Part shown: piece by piece, positions 1 to 10,937 of the stretch
Layout: each line of letters opens with the position of its first letter
Position numbering within the stretch: position 1 is the first letter of the stretch
Source of the DNA: Spiroplasma sp.
GTDB lineage: Bacteria; Bacillota_I; Bacilli_A; Mycoplasmatales; MT37
DNA length: 64,000 nt
Assembly: GCA_965226525.1 (NCBI GenBank)
Contig: OZ245361.1
Coordinates: 468,938 to 532,937, forward strand
Direction of reading: 5' to 3'
Made by a program: the position numbers and the translations under genes
The notes under the pieces: model-generated
Seen by the model: the letters and a program-made list of their open reading frames with translations, nothing else
What the model was told of the DNA's origin: nothing
Database searches by the model: none

Positions 1-267
1 GAAAAAAGGGATGATAAACGACCATTATTATCTGATCTTCGTGATTCAGGTAGTATTGAACAAGATGCAGATTTAGTATTGTTTCTCTATCGGGAAGATT
101 ATTATCGTAGGAAAGATGCAAAATCTGAAGAAAAAAAGAAAGCAGAAGACAAATCTAGCCCTAGTATGGCAGAAGTAATTATTGCTAAACATCGTAATGG
201 ACCAACAGGAGTTGTAAAACTAGTTTTTATACCTTCTAAAGTGACATTTTATGATTATGGTGAATAA
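1..267 (+). CDS. dnaB: Replicative DNA helicase DnaB, C-terminal fragment (5' end lies outside the window)
   Basis: Frame 1 reads ...[26 protein letters not shown]...[15 protein letters not shown]..., which is the conserved DnaB C-terminal region. TAA stop at 265-267. Confidence 0.9.
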   Translation, partial: EKRDDKRPLLSDLRDSGSIEQDADLVLFLYREDYYRRKDAKSEEKKKAEDKSSPSMAEVIIAKHRNGPTGVVKLVFIPSKVTFYDYGE

Positions 268-270
268 ATA

Positions 271-933
271 ATGAATAAATTTGTGCGTAACTTTATCCTT
301 TTCCCTTTATTTTTGTTGATTTTTTCTTTCAATGTGGGAGCAGTTGGTGCATGTGCATGTGGTTCTGTCAGGGAAGGACAAAAAATTGGTTTAACAGTTA
401 TGAATAAAGATGGTAAAACTTTTGAGATTAATTATGACATCATCCAAAAACTTCTTGTCAATATTAATGGTAAATGGTTTTGAAGCAAGAAAAGCAAAAC
501 AAACCATTTAATTCAGAAAGTTAATGAATGAGGGCAAGAAAATAATGACAAAGATTATCAAGACTTTGTTAAAGATTATTTATCACCTGATAACAATTAT
601 TTTAAACATTTTGTTTTTATTACTGAAGCAACTAAATCTAATGTTTCAGCACTACCAGAGTTTATTGGACCTGATGACACAGGTAAAATTCAGTTGAAAA
701 AGACAACTAATTTACCTGATATATTTGGTTACTTTTTAGTTGTTAAGGATCAGACTCTTTGGGAGTTAAGACTTTCTGTTGAAAATGTTCAAATTGTTGC
801 TGCTAGCAACACTGGAATAGACAAACTGGATTTAGATGAGGCTGTTTTAAAAGTTAAAGATTTAAAGTTTTTAAAAGTTGAAACTCCAGCAGAAAGAATT
901 AAAGATTTGCCAACAGACCTAATAGAAAGATAA
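271..933 (+). CDS. Putative lipoprotein, function unknown
   Basis: Track ORFs 271-483 and 694-933 are in the same frame, separated only by TGA codons. The N-terminus MNKFVRNFILFPLFLLIFSFNVGAVGA|CACGS looks like a signal peptide with a lipobox-like VGAC. Confidence 0.6.
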
Positions 934-978
934 ATAAATTAAAAAGTTAATCTTTTTTTTGTGGATAATAATAAAGGA

Positions 979-1641
979 ATGGTTGAACAATCTTGAAATA
1001 GTTGGTTAAAACAGGAGTTTGCAAAACCTTATTTTCAGAATATGAGACAGTTTCTCAATCAAGAATTTAAAGACAAAACCTGCTTTCCTCCTAAAAACCT
1101 TATTTTTCGTGCTTTTAGTCTCACTCCACCTTCCCAAGTTAAAGTTGTTATTTTGGGTCAGGATCCTTATCATCAACCAAATCAAGCTGATGGTTTGGCT
1201 TTTAGTGTTATGCCTGGTCAAAAATTACCAATGAGTTTGTTTAACATTTTGACAGAATTGCAAAATGATTGTGGTTTTGCAGTCAGTGAAAATGGTGATT
1301 TAACTGCTTGAGCCAAACAAGGTGTGTTGCTTTTAAACACTATTTTAACTGTTCAAAAGGGTAAACCTTTATCACATCAAAGCATAGGTTGAGAACTTTT
1401 CACCAATCATGTTATTAAGTATTTAAATTGTTTAGAACAACCAATTGTCTATGTTCTTTGGGGCAAAAAAGCTCAAATGAAACAACAACTGTTGAACAAT
1501 CCTAACCATCATATTGTTAGTAGTTCTCATCCTTCTCCTTACAGTGTTCACTATGGTTTTTTTGGTTCTCAGGTTTTTAGTAGGGTTAATGCCTTTTTAG
1601 TTGCTAAAAAGTTAACTCCTGTTTCTTGAAGATTGTTTTAG
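979..1641 (+). CDS. ung: Uracil-DNA glycosylase
   Basis: Motifs MVEQSWNSWLKQEFAKPYF and VVILGQDPYHQPNQADGLAFSV (GQDPYH), plus a C-terminal HPSP motif. Two in-frame TGA codons. TAG stop at 1639-1641. GTG at 961 is an alternative start. Confidence 0.9.
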
Positions 1642-1653
1642 TTGGTTTTTCTG

Positions 1654-2616
1654 ATGAAAGAATTAAGTAATATTACCTTTTATCTTTTCTTTTCTAGTTT
1701 GTTTTTGATTTTTATATTAACTTTTGTCTATTTTTTCTTTATTCAAGATAAGAAAAAAACTTTTTCTACTTTTTCTAATACTTTTCAAATAAAAATTATT
1801 CTTAATATTGCTTTGCTTTCAGCATTTATTACTGCTTTCCTTGTTGTTTTTTATCAATTTACTCCTCTTTTAGTGTTTCCTTGATTGCGGGTGGCTTTTG
1901 AAGGTTTGTTTGTAAAAATTGCTGGTTTTGTGTTTGGTCCTATTATAGGAATTGCTTCTGCCTTAATAACAGAATTAGCAGTTTTAATCTTTGTTTCTAG
2001 TTATTTTCATTACAAATATCTCTTGGTTTTAATTAGTGTTGGCGCCTTTTCAGGTTTAGTAAAGGTATTTTTAACAGCAAAGGTTAAACCCAAACAACTG
2101 TTGTTTTTGTTACTTTTTGCTATTTTGTTTTTTTTTGTCTTAACTATGCTTTTTTTTGGTATTAGTTTTTATAATCAAAATAGTGAGTTGTATAATTCTG
2201 CTTTTACTTGGGATGATTTTTTTATTAATTTTCAAAAACAATACTTAACTAGTTTTAGTTTTCAAACTATCTCTTTTTATTCTATTTTGTTGTTGTTTTT
2301 GATAATGCTTGTTGTTTGGGTTTGCACTGTTTATTGCATAAATTGAAAAAGTAAAAATTTTTTAACTAAACTAATTAGTAAAAAAAGTTTATTGAACATT
2401 TTACCAATTGCAGTTTTAGCTATTTTTTCTGAATACTTTGTTTCTGTTTTTATTTCTACCAGTGCTAATCAATCTCTTTTTGGTGAAACAGCTAAGGATG
2501 GTTTTATTTTGTTTGTGGTTGCTATTACAATTGCCCCCTTTAAAATGATCATTAACATCTTTATTATTTATCGAGTTTGAACTCTATTTCATCTTTATTT
2601 AAATAAAAAAAGTTAG
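1654..2616 (+). CDS. Polytopic integral membrane protein, possibly an ECF-type substrate (S) component; function unknown
   Basis: Track ORFs 1642-1884, 1885-2346 and 2392-2580 share one frame and are joined by TGA. The product is very hydrophobic with several predicted TM segments. ATG at 1654 (TTG at 1642 is an alternative). TAG stop at 2614-2616. Confidence 0.6.
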
Positions 2617-2627
2617 TTAGGTATTTT

Positions 2628-2636
2628 TGTTAATAT
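2628..2636 (+). promoter_or_regulatory. Extended -10 promoter element TGTTAATAT upstream of cysS
   Basis: Matches TGnTAnnnT, 13 nt upstream of the cysS ATG, which implies a very short leader. Confidence 0.4.
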
Positions 2637-2649
2637 TTATCTTTTTAAA

Positions 2650-4083
2650 ATGATTAGTTTGTTTTCTTCACTTAGTAAAAGTTGATTTACTTTTTCTAAA
2701 AAACAGCAGGTGGTTAATATTTATCTTTGTGGCCCCACTGTTTATGAACATGTTCATATTGGTAACTTAAGAAGTGTTGTTTTTTTTGCTTTGTTAACTA
2801 AACTGTTAAAACTCGAAGATTTTACAGTTAATTATTACCAAAATATTACTGATATTGATGACAAAATTGTTCAAAAAGCCAAAAAAAGAAATCAATCAGA
2901 GGTAAAAGTGAGTACTTTTTATTTTTTGGAATACCAAAAAATTTTAACTAAACTGCAGTTAGATTTACCCCAATTTGTCAAAGTAACTGATCATATTTCT
3001 CAAATTATTGATTGCATCAAAAGATTGATGGACAATAATTTTGCTTATCAAACTAGTGATGGAGTTTATTTTGATACAGATAAAATTTCTGATTATAAAA
3101 AACTAACTAAAAACTTTTCTTCAAACTTACCACCACACCAAGGGAAGATGAGAAATGGGCAGTATTGTTGTTTATGGTTTGCCCATAAAAATTCATTTTT
3201 GGTCTCTGAAAAACCAACTACTAAAAAAAATTGTCATCATTTTGCTTTATGAAAGTTTAAAAAAACTGGTCAAAGTTGAAATTCACCCTGAGGCGTTGGT
3301 CGACCTGGTTGACATACTGAATGTGTATCTTTAATTGATTTTCTTTTTGGTTTACAACTGGATTTACATGGGGGAGGTTATGATTTAGTTTTTCCTCATC
3401 ATCATAATCAGATGGCACAATTTTTAGCACTAAATCCTCAGGCAGCAATGACCAAGTTTTGATGGCATAATGGTTTGGTTCACATTGCAAGACAAAAAAT
3501 TAGTAAATCTAAGAGTTCTAATTTTGATTCCTGGATTGCTAAAAACTTCTTAAAAACTCATAATGCCAATATTTTAAAACTAATTTTTTACTTTGGTGTT
3601 TATCATTTGGATTTACAATTGAATGCTAGAGCACTTAAACAGGCTTATAATTTTGACCAAAAAATAAAAAATATTTTGCAAAAAATGCAATACAAATTAG
3701 TTTTAATGTCTGGAAAGGTTTTCTCTGATTTTAACTCCTTTGATAGTTTAATTTGAAATCAATTATTTTCTGTTTTAACTAAGAATTTGGCAGTTCATCT
3801 TGTCCTAGATCAAATTAGTCATTTGATTAAAAGAGGAAATATTTTTTTGAAAGCAAACAATGTTGATGCTGCCTTGCCCTTAGTTAAAACAGTTTTTAAG
3901 TTTTTATGCTTAATTAATCTTCATTATTTACCACCATCTATTGATGAAAAAAACAAAGCAAAACTGTTACAGTGACAAGATTTGATTACTAAGAAACAAT
4001 TTCTGCAAGCTGATCAAATTCGTCAGCAACTGCAAAAAGTAGGCATTTTACCTGGCAAAGGTGTTAATAGTGAAACTAGATAA
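2650..4083 (+). CDS. cysS: Cysteine--tRNA ligase
   Basis: [16 protein letters not shown] (HIGH motif), FALWK...[30 protein letters not shown] and KISKS (KMSKS motif). Four track ORFs in one frame are joined by TGA. TAA stop at 4081-4083. Confidence 0.95.
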
Positions 4084-4807
4084 GTTTGTTTTTGGTAAAA
4101 AAGTAATTATTCATTTAATTGAAAATTACCCTCACTTATTGAAAAAAGTGTTTTTGTTGAAAAATTCACCTTTTTTAAAATTAGTTGGTCAAAAAACTCC
4201 TTTTCAAATTTGAACTTCTAACCATTTTACAAAGTTTTTTCCCAATGCTAATCATCAATTTATTGCTGGTTTAATTCAATATTCTTTCTACTATCCATGA
4301 AAAAAATTTCTTTTAGAGTTAAAAAGTAGTAGACAAAAAAATGGTTTGATTTTAGTTTTGGATCATATTCAAGATCCACAAAACTTTGGTGCTGTTTTAA
4401 GAACTGCTGCCGCCACAAAAGTTGCAGCAATCATTGTTCCTAATTTTAATCAAGCACCAATCAATGCTTTGACTATCAAAGCAGCAACTGGAAGTATTTT
4501 TGGTTTGAAAATTATTCAAGTTGCTAATTTAGTTCAAACTGTTACTAAATTAAAAGAACATTATTTTTGGATTTTTAGTTCTGCTTCAACAGGTGAAAAA
4601 CTTTACAATCAAGCAAAATTTAGTGATTTAAATGTTGTTTTAGTTGTTGGCAATGAACATCATGGTGTTAGTAATTTATTACAAAAACATTCTGATTTTT
4701 TGTTGAAAATTCCAATGTATAAGGTTGAGTCATTAAATGTTAGCAATGCAACTGCTGTTTTGCTTTATCAAATTAGAGAAAAACAAAATTTTTGAAAATT
4801 AAACTAA
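4070..4807 (+). CDS. rlmB: SpoU/TrmH-family RNA 2'-O-methyltransferase (RlmB-like)
   Basis: LDHIQDPQNFGAVLRTAAA, VVGNEHHGVS and SLNVSNA motifs with an N-terminal [15 protein letters not shown] domain. The cysS-rlmB synteny matches Firmicutes. The GTG start at 4070 overlaps the cysS stop, so the start is uncertain. Confidence 0.8.
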
Positions 4808-4819
4808 AGTTTCTTCTAA

Positions 4820-6142
4820 CTAGTGACTTCTAACAACATCCAAAATTACTTTTTCTGTTTTTGGACAAACATCTTCAATTTGGATGATTGATTTCAACTT
4901 ATCTTGGATTTCCTGATGTTTTTTTCTGTCTGTAAAGACAGTTAAAATTACCTCTTCTTTTTTAACAATATCTCCCTTTTTTTTGTGAAACATTAAACCT
5001 GCTTCATAGTTTATTTTTTCATTTTCCAGACTGTTTCAATTGGCAAAAACACCAATCTCTTTAGCATTAAAGTTAATGAAACCATCTTTTCAAGCTTTTA
5101 TTTTTAGAACATACTTTGTCTGAATTTTACGTTTTTGGTTAACAAATTCAAAGTCTCCTCCAAAACTTGTTACCCACTCTTTAAACTGATTAAATGCTTT
5201 TCCATTTTTGATAACTTTTTTTATTGCTAATTCACACTCTTGAATGTTGTTAAATTTACCACTCATTAGTAATACTTCCGCTCCTAATTTAGTAACAACT
5301 TCTGCCAGATCTGGTTCTCACCTACCAGATAATGCTTCTAATGCTTCAACTACCTCTAACTTATTACCAACTGTTTTTCCTAAGGGTTGATCCATCCTAG
5401 TTAAGACAGCAACCGTTTTACGATCATACTTTTTAGCAATTTCAATTGCTCAATTCACAAATGTTTTTGCTCTTTTTAAGTCAGTATCAAAGTTCTTGCT
5501 TGTTGTAAAAATAGAACCATTGCCAACTGTAACATCAAGAATAATTCCATCATTTTTAAGTACCATTTTTTTAATCATAATGCTGTTTACAATCATGCCT
5601 AAGACATTGATTGATTGAATTCTACTTCTTAACTTATAAAGTTTTTTTTCAAAGTTGGAGATATCGTTTGTTACAGCACTAACAACTATTTTCTCTCTAT
5701 GTGCTCTTTCCAAAAAGGTTTGGAGGTTGATTTCTAAATCAATTCCTGGAAAAGTAGATAACTTTTCTATTGTTCCGCCAGTAAATCCTAACCTGCCTCC
5801 TGACATTTTAAACACTTTTAGATCTAGTGCTGCTAAAACAGGAATGAGAATCAAACTTACTTTATCCCCTACTCCTCCAGTTGAATGTTTGTCTACTTTA
5901 AATCCAGGAATAGGTTGCAGGTTTATTTTTTTTGCCAAGGCAAAAGTTGTGTCAAAAAAATCAACCATCTCTTCCTTGCTCATCCCTTCTTTAACAAAAG
6001 CTCTTACTAAACTTTCCATATTTCCTTCAGAGATTTGATTGTTGCTGTAACCTTTCACAACAAAACTAACTTCTGCTTTGGTTAGTTTTTCACCACTGAG
6101 TTTTTTCTTTATTATTTTTTTAATTTCATTCATTACCAGCAT
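4820..6142 (-). CDS. pdp: Pyrimidine-nucleoside (thymidine) phosphorylase
   Basis: The N-terminal 230 aa carry DKHSTGGVGDK and SGGRLGFTGGTIEKL. The ORF continues through in-frame TGA codons to a TAG (CTA on + at 4820-4822), giving about 441 aa, typical for the family. Confidence 0.9.
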
Positions 6143-6320
6143 TTTATCACTTAGTTTTGATGACTCTATCAGTATATTTTGGTTGTGAAGTAGTTAGTGA
6201 ATAAAGTGTTTTTGCTGCTATGAGCAAGTGGTTAATTTCAATTGTCTTTTTGTTTTAACTTTTTTTGAAAAACAAAGACTGAATTTGCAAATTTTATTTT
6301 TGTTCAGTTTTTTTCCTTGG

Positions 6321-6349
6321 TTGCTTGTAATAATTACAAGTGATAAAAT
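6321..6349 (+). promoter_or_regulatory. Candidate promoter for secE-nusG-rplKA: -35 TTGCTT, 17-bp spacer, extended -10 TGATAAAAT, with an embedded 17-bp palindrome
   Basis: TTGCTT at 6321-6326. TGATAAAAT at 6341-6349. The spacer contains the perfect palindrome CTTGTAAT-A-ATTACAAG (6324-6340). Confidence 0.5.
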
Positions 6350-6447
6350 AACTAACAGTTTTTCTGCCAGGGTTTATTAAAGAATCTTGTTTGACTAAAA
6401 GTTTTTATTCTTTTGCTTTGCTTATTTTAGTTCTTTCTGGTTTGGTT

Positions 6448-6672
6448 ATGAAGATAGGTAATTTTTTTGCTGCTTTTAAGGAGAAAACAAAAGTTTTGTT
6501 TACTTTTTTTGCTTCTTTTTTTTTTCAACTAATAAGGGTTAGATGATATCCACAAAAACTGATATGAAAAACCTTTTTACTACTTTTATTGATGTTTACT
6601 GTTTTAGGTCTTTTCTTTTTCTTTGTGGAGATGGGAATTATTGAACTTTTTCAATTAATTAAGATCCTTTAG
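6448..6672 (+). CDS. secE: Preprotein translocase subunit SecE
   Basis: A 74-aa ORF, below the track cutoff and containing 2 TGA codons: MKIGNFFAAFKEKTKVLFTFFASFFFQLIRVRWYPQKLIWKTFLLLLLMFTVLGLFFFFVEMGIIELFQLIKIL. It has a single C-terminal TM segment and sits immediately upstream of nusG. Confidence 0.75.
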
Positions 6673-6684
6673 TTTCTGGTTGCT

Positions 6685-7263
6685 TTGAGTTCAAAAAAAG
6701 TAATGACTGTTAAAAAGATTAAAAAAATTGTTTGGTTTGCTCTAAAGAGTAAACGAGGTCGTGAAGACAGTTTAATTGTTCACTTAAAAACCCATTCAAA
6801 GGTTTTAGATGTGTTGATTTTTTGGGATGATAATTCTAATTTATCTAAAAAAGCAAAGATGTTGTGACCAGGAATGATTTTTGTTAAGACTTACCTGGTA
6901 AACAAAAATATTGATAAGGATTTACAACAATTTATCATTAATAGTTCAGATTTTAGTCGCTTCTTTGCCCATGGTCGAAGTTATTGAGTTAATCCTATTC
7001 TAATGTCAGAGCAAAGGATTCAAAGCTTAATTAAACAAGTACAAACTTCATCAGAAGTAGTTGCTAGCAAATTTAGTGCTGATCAGATTGATTTTAAGGT
7101 TAATGATGTTGTTACAATCTTAAAAGGGGTTTTTCGTGGTTGTGAAGGTGAAGTAAAGGAGATAAATTTTAAAACAGGTGTTGTTACTGTAAACACTGAG
7201 TTTTTTGGTAGAATTACTCCTATTCAGGTTGGTTTTTTGGATTGTAAAAAGACTTTTAGTTAA
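6685..7263 (+). CDS. nusG: Transcription termination/antitermination factor NusG
   Basis: VWFALKSKRGRE...PGMIFVK NGN-like N-terminus and a KOW domain (VTILKGVFRGCEGEVKEINFKTGVVTV). Track ORFs 6685 and 7003 are in the same frame via TGA. Start is TTG 6685 or ATG 6703. Confidence 0.85.
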
Positions 7264-7266
7264 AAA

Positions 7267-7701
7267 ATGAAAAAAATAGTCAGAATTGCAAAGTTACAAT
7301 TTGTTGGCAACAGCGCCAAACCTGGTCCTGCTTTGGCTTCTGTTGGTGTTAATATTATGGACTTTTGCAATAAATTTAATCAAGCAACTGTTAATCAAAA
7401 AGGTGTTGTTACTCCAGTAGTGATTACTGTTTTTAATGATAAAAGTTTTGAATTTGTCATTAAAACTACTCCTACTGCAGTCTTGATTAAAGAGAAAGCA
7501 AAAATTACCAAAGGAAGTAAAAGTGGCAAAAAAGAGAAAGCAGGAACCTTGTCTCTCAGTCAGGTTAAAGAAATTGCCCAATATAAAATGGTTGATTTAA
7601 ACACTGATAATTTGCAACAAGCTGTAAAGATTGTTTTGGGAACAATGAAACAAATGGGTGTGCAATTGTTAGAGGAAACAAAAAAAGTTGCTAATAAATA
7701 A
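7267..7701 (+). CDS. rplK: 50S ribosomal protein L11
   Basis: IAKLQFVGNSAKPGPALASVGVNIMDFCNKFN, and position after nusG. Confidence 0.95.
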   Translation: MKKIVRIAKLQFVGNSAKPGPALASVGVNIMDFCNKFNQATVNQKGVVTPVVITVFNDKSFEFVIKTTPTAVLIKEKAKITKGSKSGKKEKAGTLSLSQVKEIAQYKMVDLNTDNLQQAVKIVLGTMKQMGVQLLEETKKVANK

Positions 7702-7712
7702 AGTTGTTTTAG

Positions 7713-8405
7713 ATGAAAAGAGTAAGTAAAATAAGTAAAAAAAGACAAGTTTGAGAAAAGAAAATTGACTTTAAAAAAAAGTATTTGATTGAAGAGAGTC
7801 TAGAGATAATTGCTAAAAACTACTCAGAGAATTTTAATGCTACAGTTGATTTAGTTTTTGCTCTTAATTTGAACTTAAAAAAACCTAATCATCTTCTCAA
7901 AGGTGTTTTTACTCTGCCTTTTCCACAACTAAAGAAGAGAAAAATTTGTGTTTTAACTGAAAAATTCTTAGCAGAAGCAGAAAAGTTAAAGCCTTTTCTG
8001 GTTGGAGGTCAAGAACTTATTGACAAAATTGCCAAGACTGGTTGTATTGATTTTGATCTTTTACTTGCTACTCCTGAAATAATGCCAAAAATTACCAAAA
8101 TTGCTAAAAAACTAAATGCTAAGAGGTTAATGCCTTCAGTTAAAAAACAAACACTAGGTTTAAACATTTCTGAACTTTTGCAAAACTGACAAAATGGACA
8201 AGTAACTTATAGTGTTGATTCTTATGGCAATTTACATTTAGTCATTGGCAAAATAAAAGAACCCTTATCTAATTTAGTTGCTAATTTTCACTTTTGTTAT
8301 CAGAAAGTGATGAAGATAAAACCTAACAACATCAAGGGTCAATATCTCAAAGGAGTTTATTTAAGTACAACAATGGGACCTAGTTTTCAAATTAAAACTC
8401 CTTAA
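7713..8405 (+). CDS. rplA: 50S ribosomal protein L1
   Basis: ATG at 7713 is in frame with track ORF 7785 via TGA. Reads ...KKYLIEESLEIIAKNYSENFNATVDLVFALNL...GVFTLPFP... TAA stop at 8403-8405. Confidence 0.9.
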
Positions 8406-8538
8406 AAATAGACCAATAAGATATGATCTGCTTTTCTTTTTAGAGATAAAATAAGGTTTGATAGTGTTGGAGGTTGGTTTGTAAAGTTTAGTTTTAAGCA
8501 CTTTTTCCTGACTAGTTTAATTTTATTTTTTATTGAAA

Positions 8539-9054
8539 ATGACAAAGTTAAAATCATCAAAATTAATTAAAGAGCAAAAGCAGCAGTTGTTAAAACAACT
8601 TTTGACTAAAGTTAACCTTTTTCTTTTGTTTTCTCATACTCAAGTGAAAGTTAATCAATTTCAAAGTTTTAAAAAGGAGTTGAAGAAAGTTGGTAAAGAT
8701 GACAAACCTATCTTTTTGAAAGTTTATAAAAACACTCTTTTAAAGAAAGCTTTGCAATATTCTCAGTTTGCAAAAATGACTGATACTGTTTCTGGTTGTT
8801 TGTTTACTGTTTTTAGTGAACAAGGATCTCTATCTGTTTTCAAAACACTCTATCAACTTTCCAAAAAGCACAAGTTAGTTTTCCAAAGTGGTTTTTTTGA
8901 AAATAAATTACTGGATTTAACTACCTTTCAAAAGTTAGCACTTTTACCAAGCAAGGAGAGTTTATTGTTACAGTTGCTTGGTTGTTTACAACTAGTTTTC
9001 TTCTCTTTGCTTCAGACTTTAAAGTCAATAGAAACTGTTGTTGTAAAAAATTAA
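8539..9054 (+). CDS. rplJ: 50S ribosomal protein L10
   Basis: Position between rplA and rplL and L10-like length. The sequence is divergent. Start is ATG 8539 or TTG 8533. Confidence 0.8.
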   Translation: MTKLKSSKLIKEQKQQLLKQLLTKVNLFLLFSHTQVKVNQFQSFKKELKKVGKDDKPIFLKVYKNTLLKKALQYSQFAKMTDTVSGCLFTVFSEQGSLSVFKTLYQLSKKHKLVFQSGFFENKLLDLTTFQKLALLPSKESLLLQLLGCLQLVFFSLLQTLKSIETVVVKN

Positions 9055-9344
9055 ACTGATTAAAGTTTAAGTATTTTGATCTAAATTTACTATCAGTAGA
9101 ATTGTTGTTTTGGGACAGTGTGTTTGACCAATAATCAATCATTGTTAGTTTGAATGGCAATCCACAGCAAAGCAATGCTCAGAATAAGGTCTTTGTAAGG
9201 ATGGCAAGTTCATAGTTTTAAAAACTCTAGGTTAGACAGATGAAGTTAGTTTAAAGGTTTTACTTAAACATAAAATTAATTCATAAGCTTTTTTGATTAA
9301 TTTTTTTGTTAGTGTAAAATAGTTAACAGGATTTGTTCTCATTT

Positions 9345-9773
9345 ATGGCAACAGTTGAAAAAAAAACTAAGGAAGCAGCAGTTAAAGGTGAAAAAAAAAC
9401 ACCTACTGGTAAATATGCTAAGTTGATAGAACAGATTGCTGGTTTGAAAGTTGTTGAGTTGAATGATTTTGTTAAAGAGTTACAAAATTATTTTCAGATT
9501 AATCCTGCTGCCTCATTTGTTGGAGCCGCTTCTCAAAATGATGCAAGCACTGAAAAGAAAAAGAAATTGTTTGATTTGATTCTTAATGAGGTAGGACAGA
9601 AAAAAGTTGCTGTAATCAAGTTGTTGTCTAAAATTACTCAGAAAGGTTTGTTAGAAGCAAAAGGAATGTTGAACAACCTTCCTTTAGTTGTTTTATCCAA
9701 TAAACCTGAATCAGATTTAACTAAATTTCAGAAGGAATTTCAGGATGCTGGTGCTGCTGTCACAATCAAGTAG
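9345..9773 (+). CDS. rplL: 50S ribosomal protein L7/L12
   Basis: KYAKLIEQIAGLKVVELNDFVKELQNYFQI at the N-terminus and VAVIKLLSKITQKGLLEAKGMLNNLP...AGAAVTIK at the C-terminus. Confidence 0.95.
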   Translation: MATVEKKTKEAAVKGEKKTPTGKYAKLIEQIAGLKVVELNDFVKELQNYFQINPAASFVGAASQNDASTEKKKKLFDLILNEVGQKKVAVIKLLSKITQKGLLEAKGMLNNLPLVVLSNKPESDLTKFQKEFQDAGAAVTIK

Positions 9774-9833
9774 TGTTGTTAGTTTTTTGCTGTATTTAAA
9801 AGTGTAGTTGTTTAAAACGTCTTATTAGTTGTT

Positions 9834-10133
9834 GTGGCAGATAAGTTACAAAAGAAAAAAAAGTTAAACCTAAATCAAGTGTTAGTTTCTTGTATCACCT
9901 GCAGCACTGGTTTTAAGATTATGACAACTTTGAAAAAGGACTTTAAAATTGATGTTTGTTCTAACTGCCACAGTTTTTACTTAGGAAAACAGAAGTTTGA
10001 ATCCAAGGCAGGAAGAATGAAACGTTTTCGCCAGATGGAAGCAAAAACTCAAAAATTACAAGCAAAAATGAATTTAGTAGATAATAAAAGTTTATCTAAA
10101 ACTGATCAAAAAGTAAAAAAGTCTAAATTTTAG
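9834..10133 (+). CDS. rpmE: 50S ribosomal protein L31 with an extended Lys-rich C-terminus
   Basis: CITCSTGF...DVCSNCHSFYLGKQKFESKAGRMKRF. GTG start. Confidence 0.85.
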   Translation: MADKLQKKKKLNLNQVLVSCITCSTGFKIMTTLKKDFKIDVCSNCHSFYLGKQKFESKAGRMKRFRQMEAKTQKLQAKMNLVDNKSLSKTDQKVKKSKF

Positions 10134-10145
10134 GAAAAAAGTGAA

Positions 10146-10652
10146 ATGTACAATGTTGTTGGTGTTTGTGGACGAATAGTTAATAATTTTTTGGAATTAA
10201 AAGAAACAGTAAATAAGGTTCCTTTTTTGCGTTTTACAATTGTGACAAATACTTTTCGTTCTTCTGGTGCTACATACATAAATTGTATTGCTTGAAGACA
10301 GTCAGCAACCAACATGCATAGGTTTTTACAAAAAGGTAGTTTAGTTATTGTTGAGGGTAGATTACAATCAGATATTAATCAGAACTTAGAAGTTTCAGTT
10401 AATTTTGTTTATTTTTTAGAAAAAACCAATGTTGATTTGAGAGGTCAGTCTAATAATAAACAAACTGTTCCTGAAACTGCAAATGAACAGACAAAATCTT
10501 CAGTTAATAACTTTGTTGCAGATGAAAAAAAACCATCTGTGAGTTCTTTTTTGAACAAGAAAAAAACTCAAAAAGAGCAAGCAGATTTAAAATCAACAAA
10601 AAATGTTTTAGAGGAAGAGAAGGATAAGGGTATAGACTGAGATGTTGAATAA
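10146..10652 (+). CDS. ssb: Single-stranded DNA-binding protein
   Basis: [21 protein letters not shown]...FLRFTIVTN...[31 protein letters not shown] is an OB fold. An in-frame TGA joins it to track ORF 10314. The low-complexity tail ends ...GIDWDVE. TAA stop at 10650-10652. Confidence 0.85.
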
Positions 10653-10920
10653 AAGAAGCAATAAGAAAAAAAATATGTCTTCAAATAGAAAAGGTTTTTT
10701 TCAAAAACGCACTTGTTTTTTTACTAGGGAAAAGATTACCTATATTGACTATAAAAATGTGGATTTATTGAAGAAATTTATTTCTAAATCTGGACAAATC
10801 TTACCTCGAATTGTGACTGGTACTAAATGTAAATACCAAAAACATTTGGCAAAGGCAATTAAAAGAGCTCGTTTTCTAGGTTTTCTTAGTTTTGTTACTC
10901 ATCCTGATAATGTTGAGTAA
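10642..10920 (+). CDS. rpsR: 30S ribosomal protein S18
   Basis: [58 protein letters not shown]. Confidence 0.95.
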   Translation: MLNKRSNKKKNMSSNRKGFFQKRTCFFTREKITYIDYKNVDLLKKFISKSGQILPRIVTGTKCKYQKHLAKAIKRARFLGFLSFVTHPDNVE

Positions 10921-10937
10921 AGATTTTTTGCTTAATT

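Noticed and set aside
6143-6447. Expected rpmG (L33) gene upstream of secE, as in many Firmicutes and Mollicutes.
   Set aside because: No frame on either strand gives a Lys-rich roughly 50-aa ORF with CxxC pairs. The region looks like a divergent promoter and leader only.
9180-9215. Calling the rplJ-rplL spacer element the SRP (4.5S/scRNA) gene on the basis of AGGUC…GUAA…GGA…GCA similarity.
   Set aside because: The similarity covers only a few nucleotides, and the conserved GGAAGCAGC 3' strand is not present. The apical stem is only 3 weak pairs, and the flanking arms are very asymmetric (65 versus 31 nt). I keep it as an unassigned candidate RNA.
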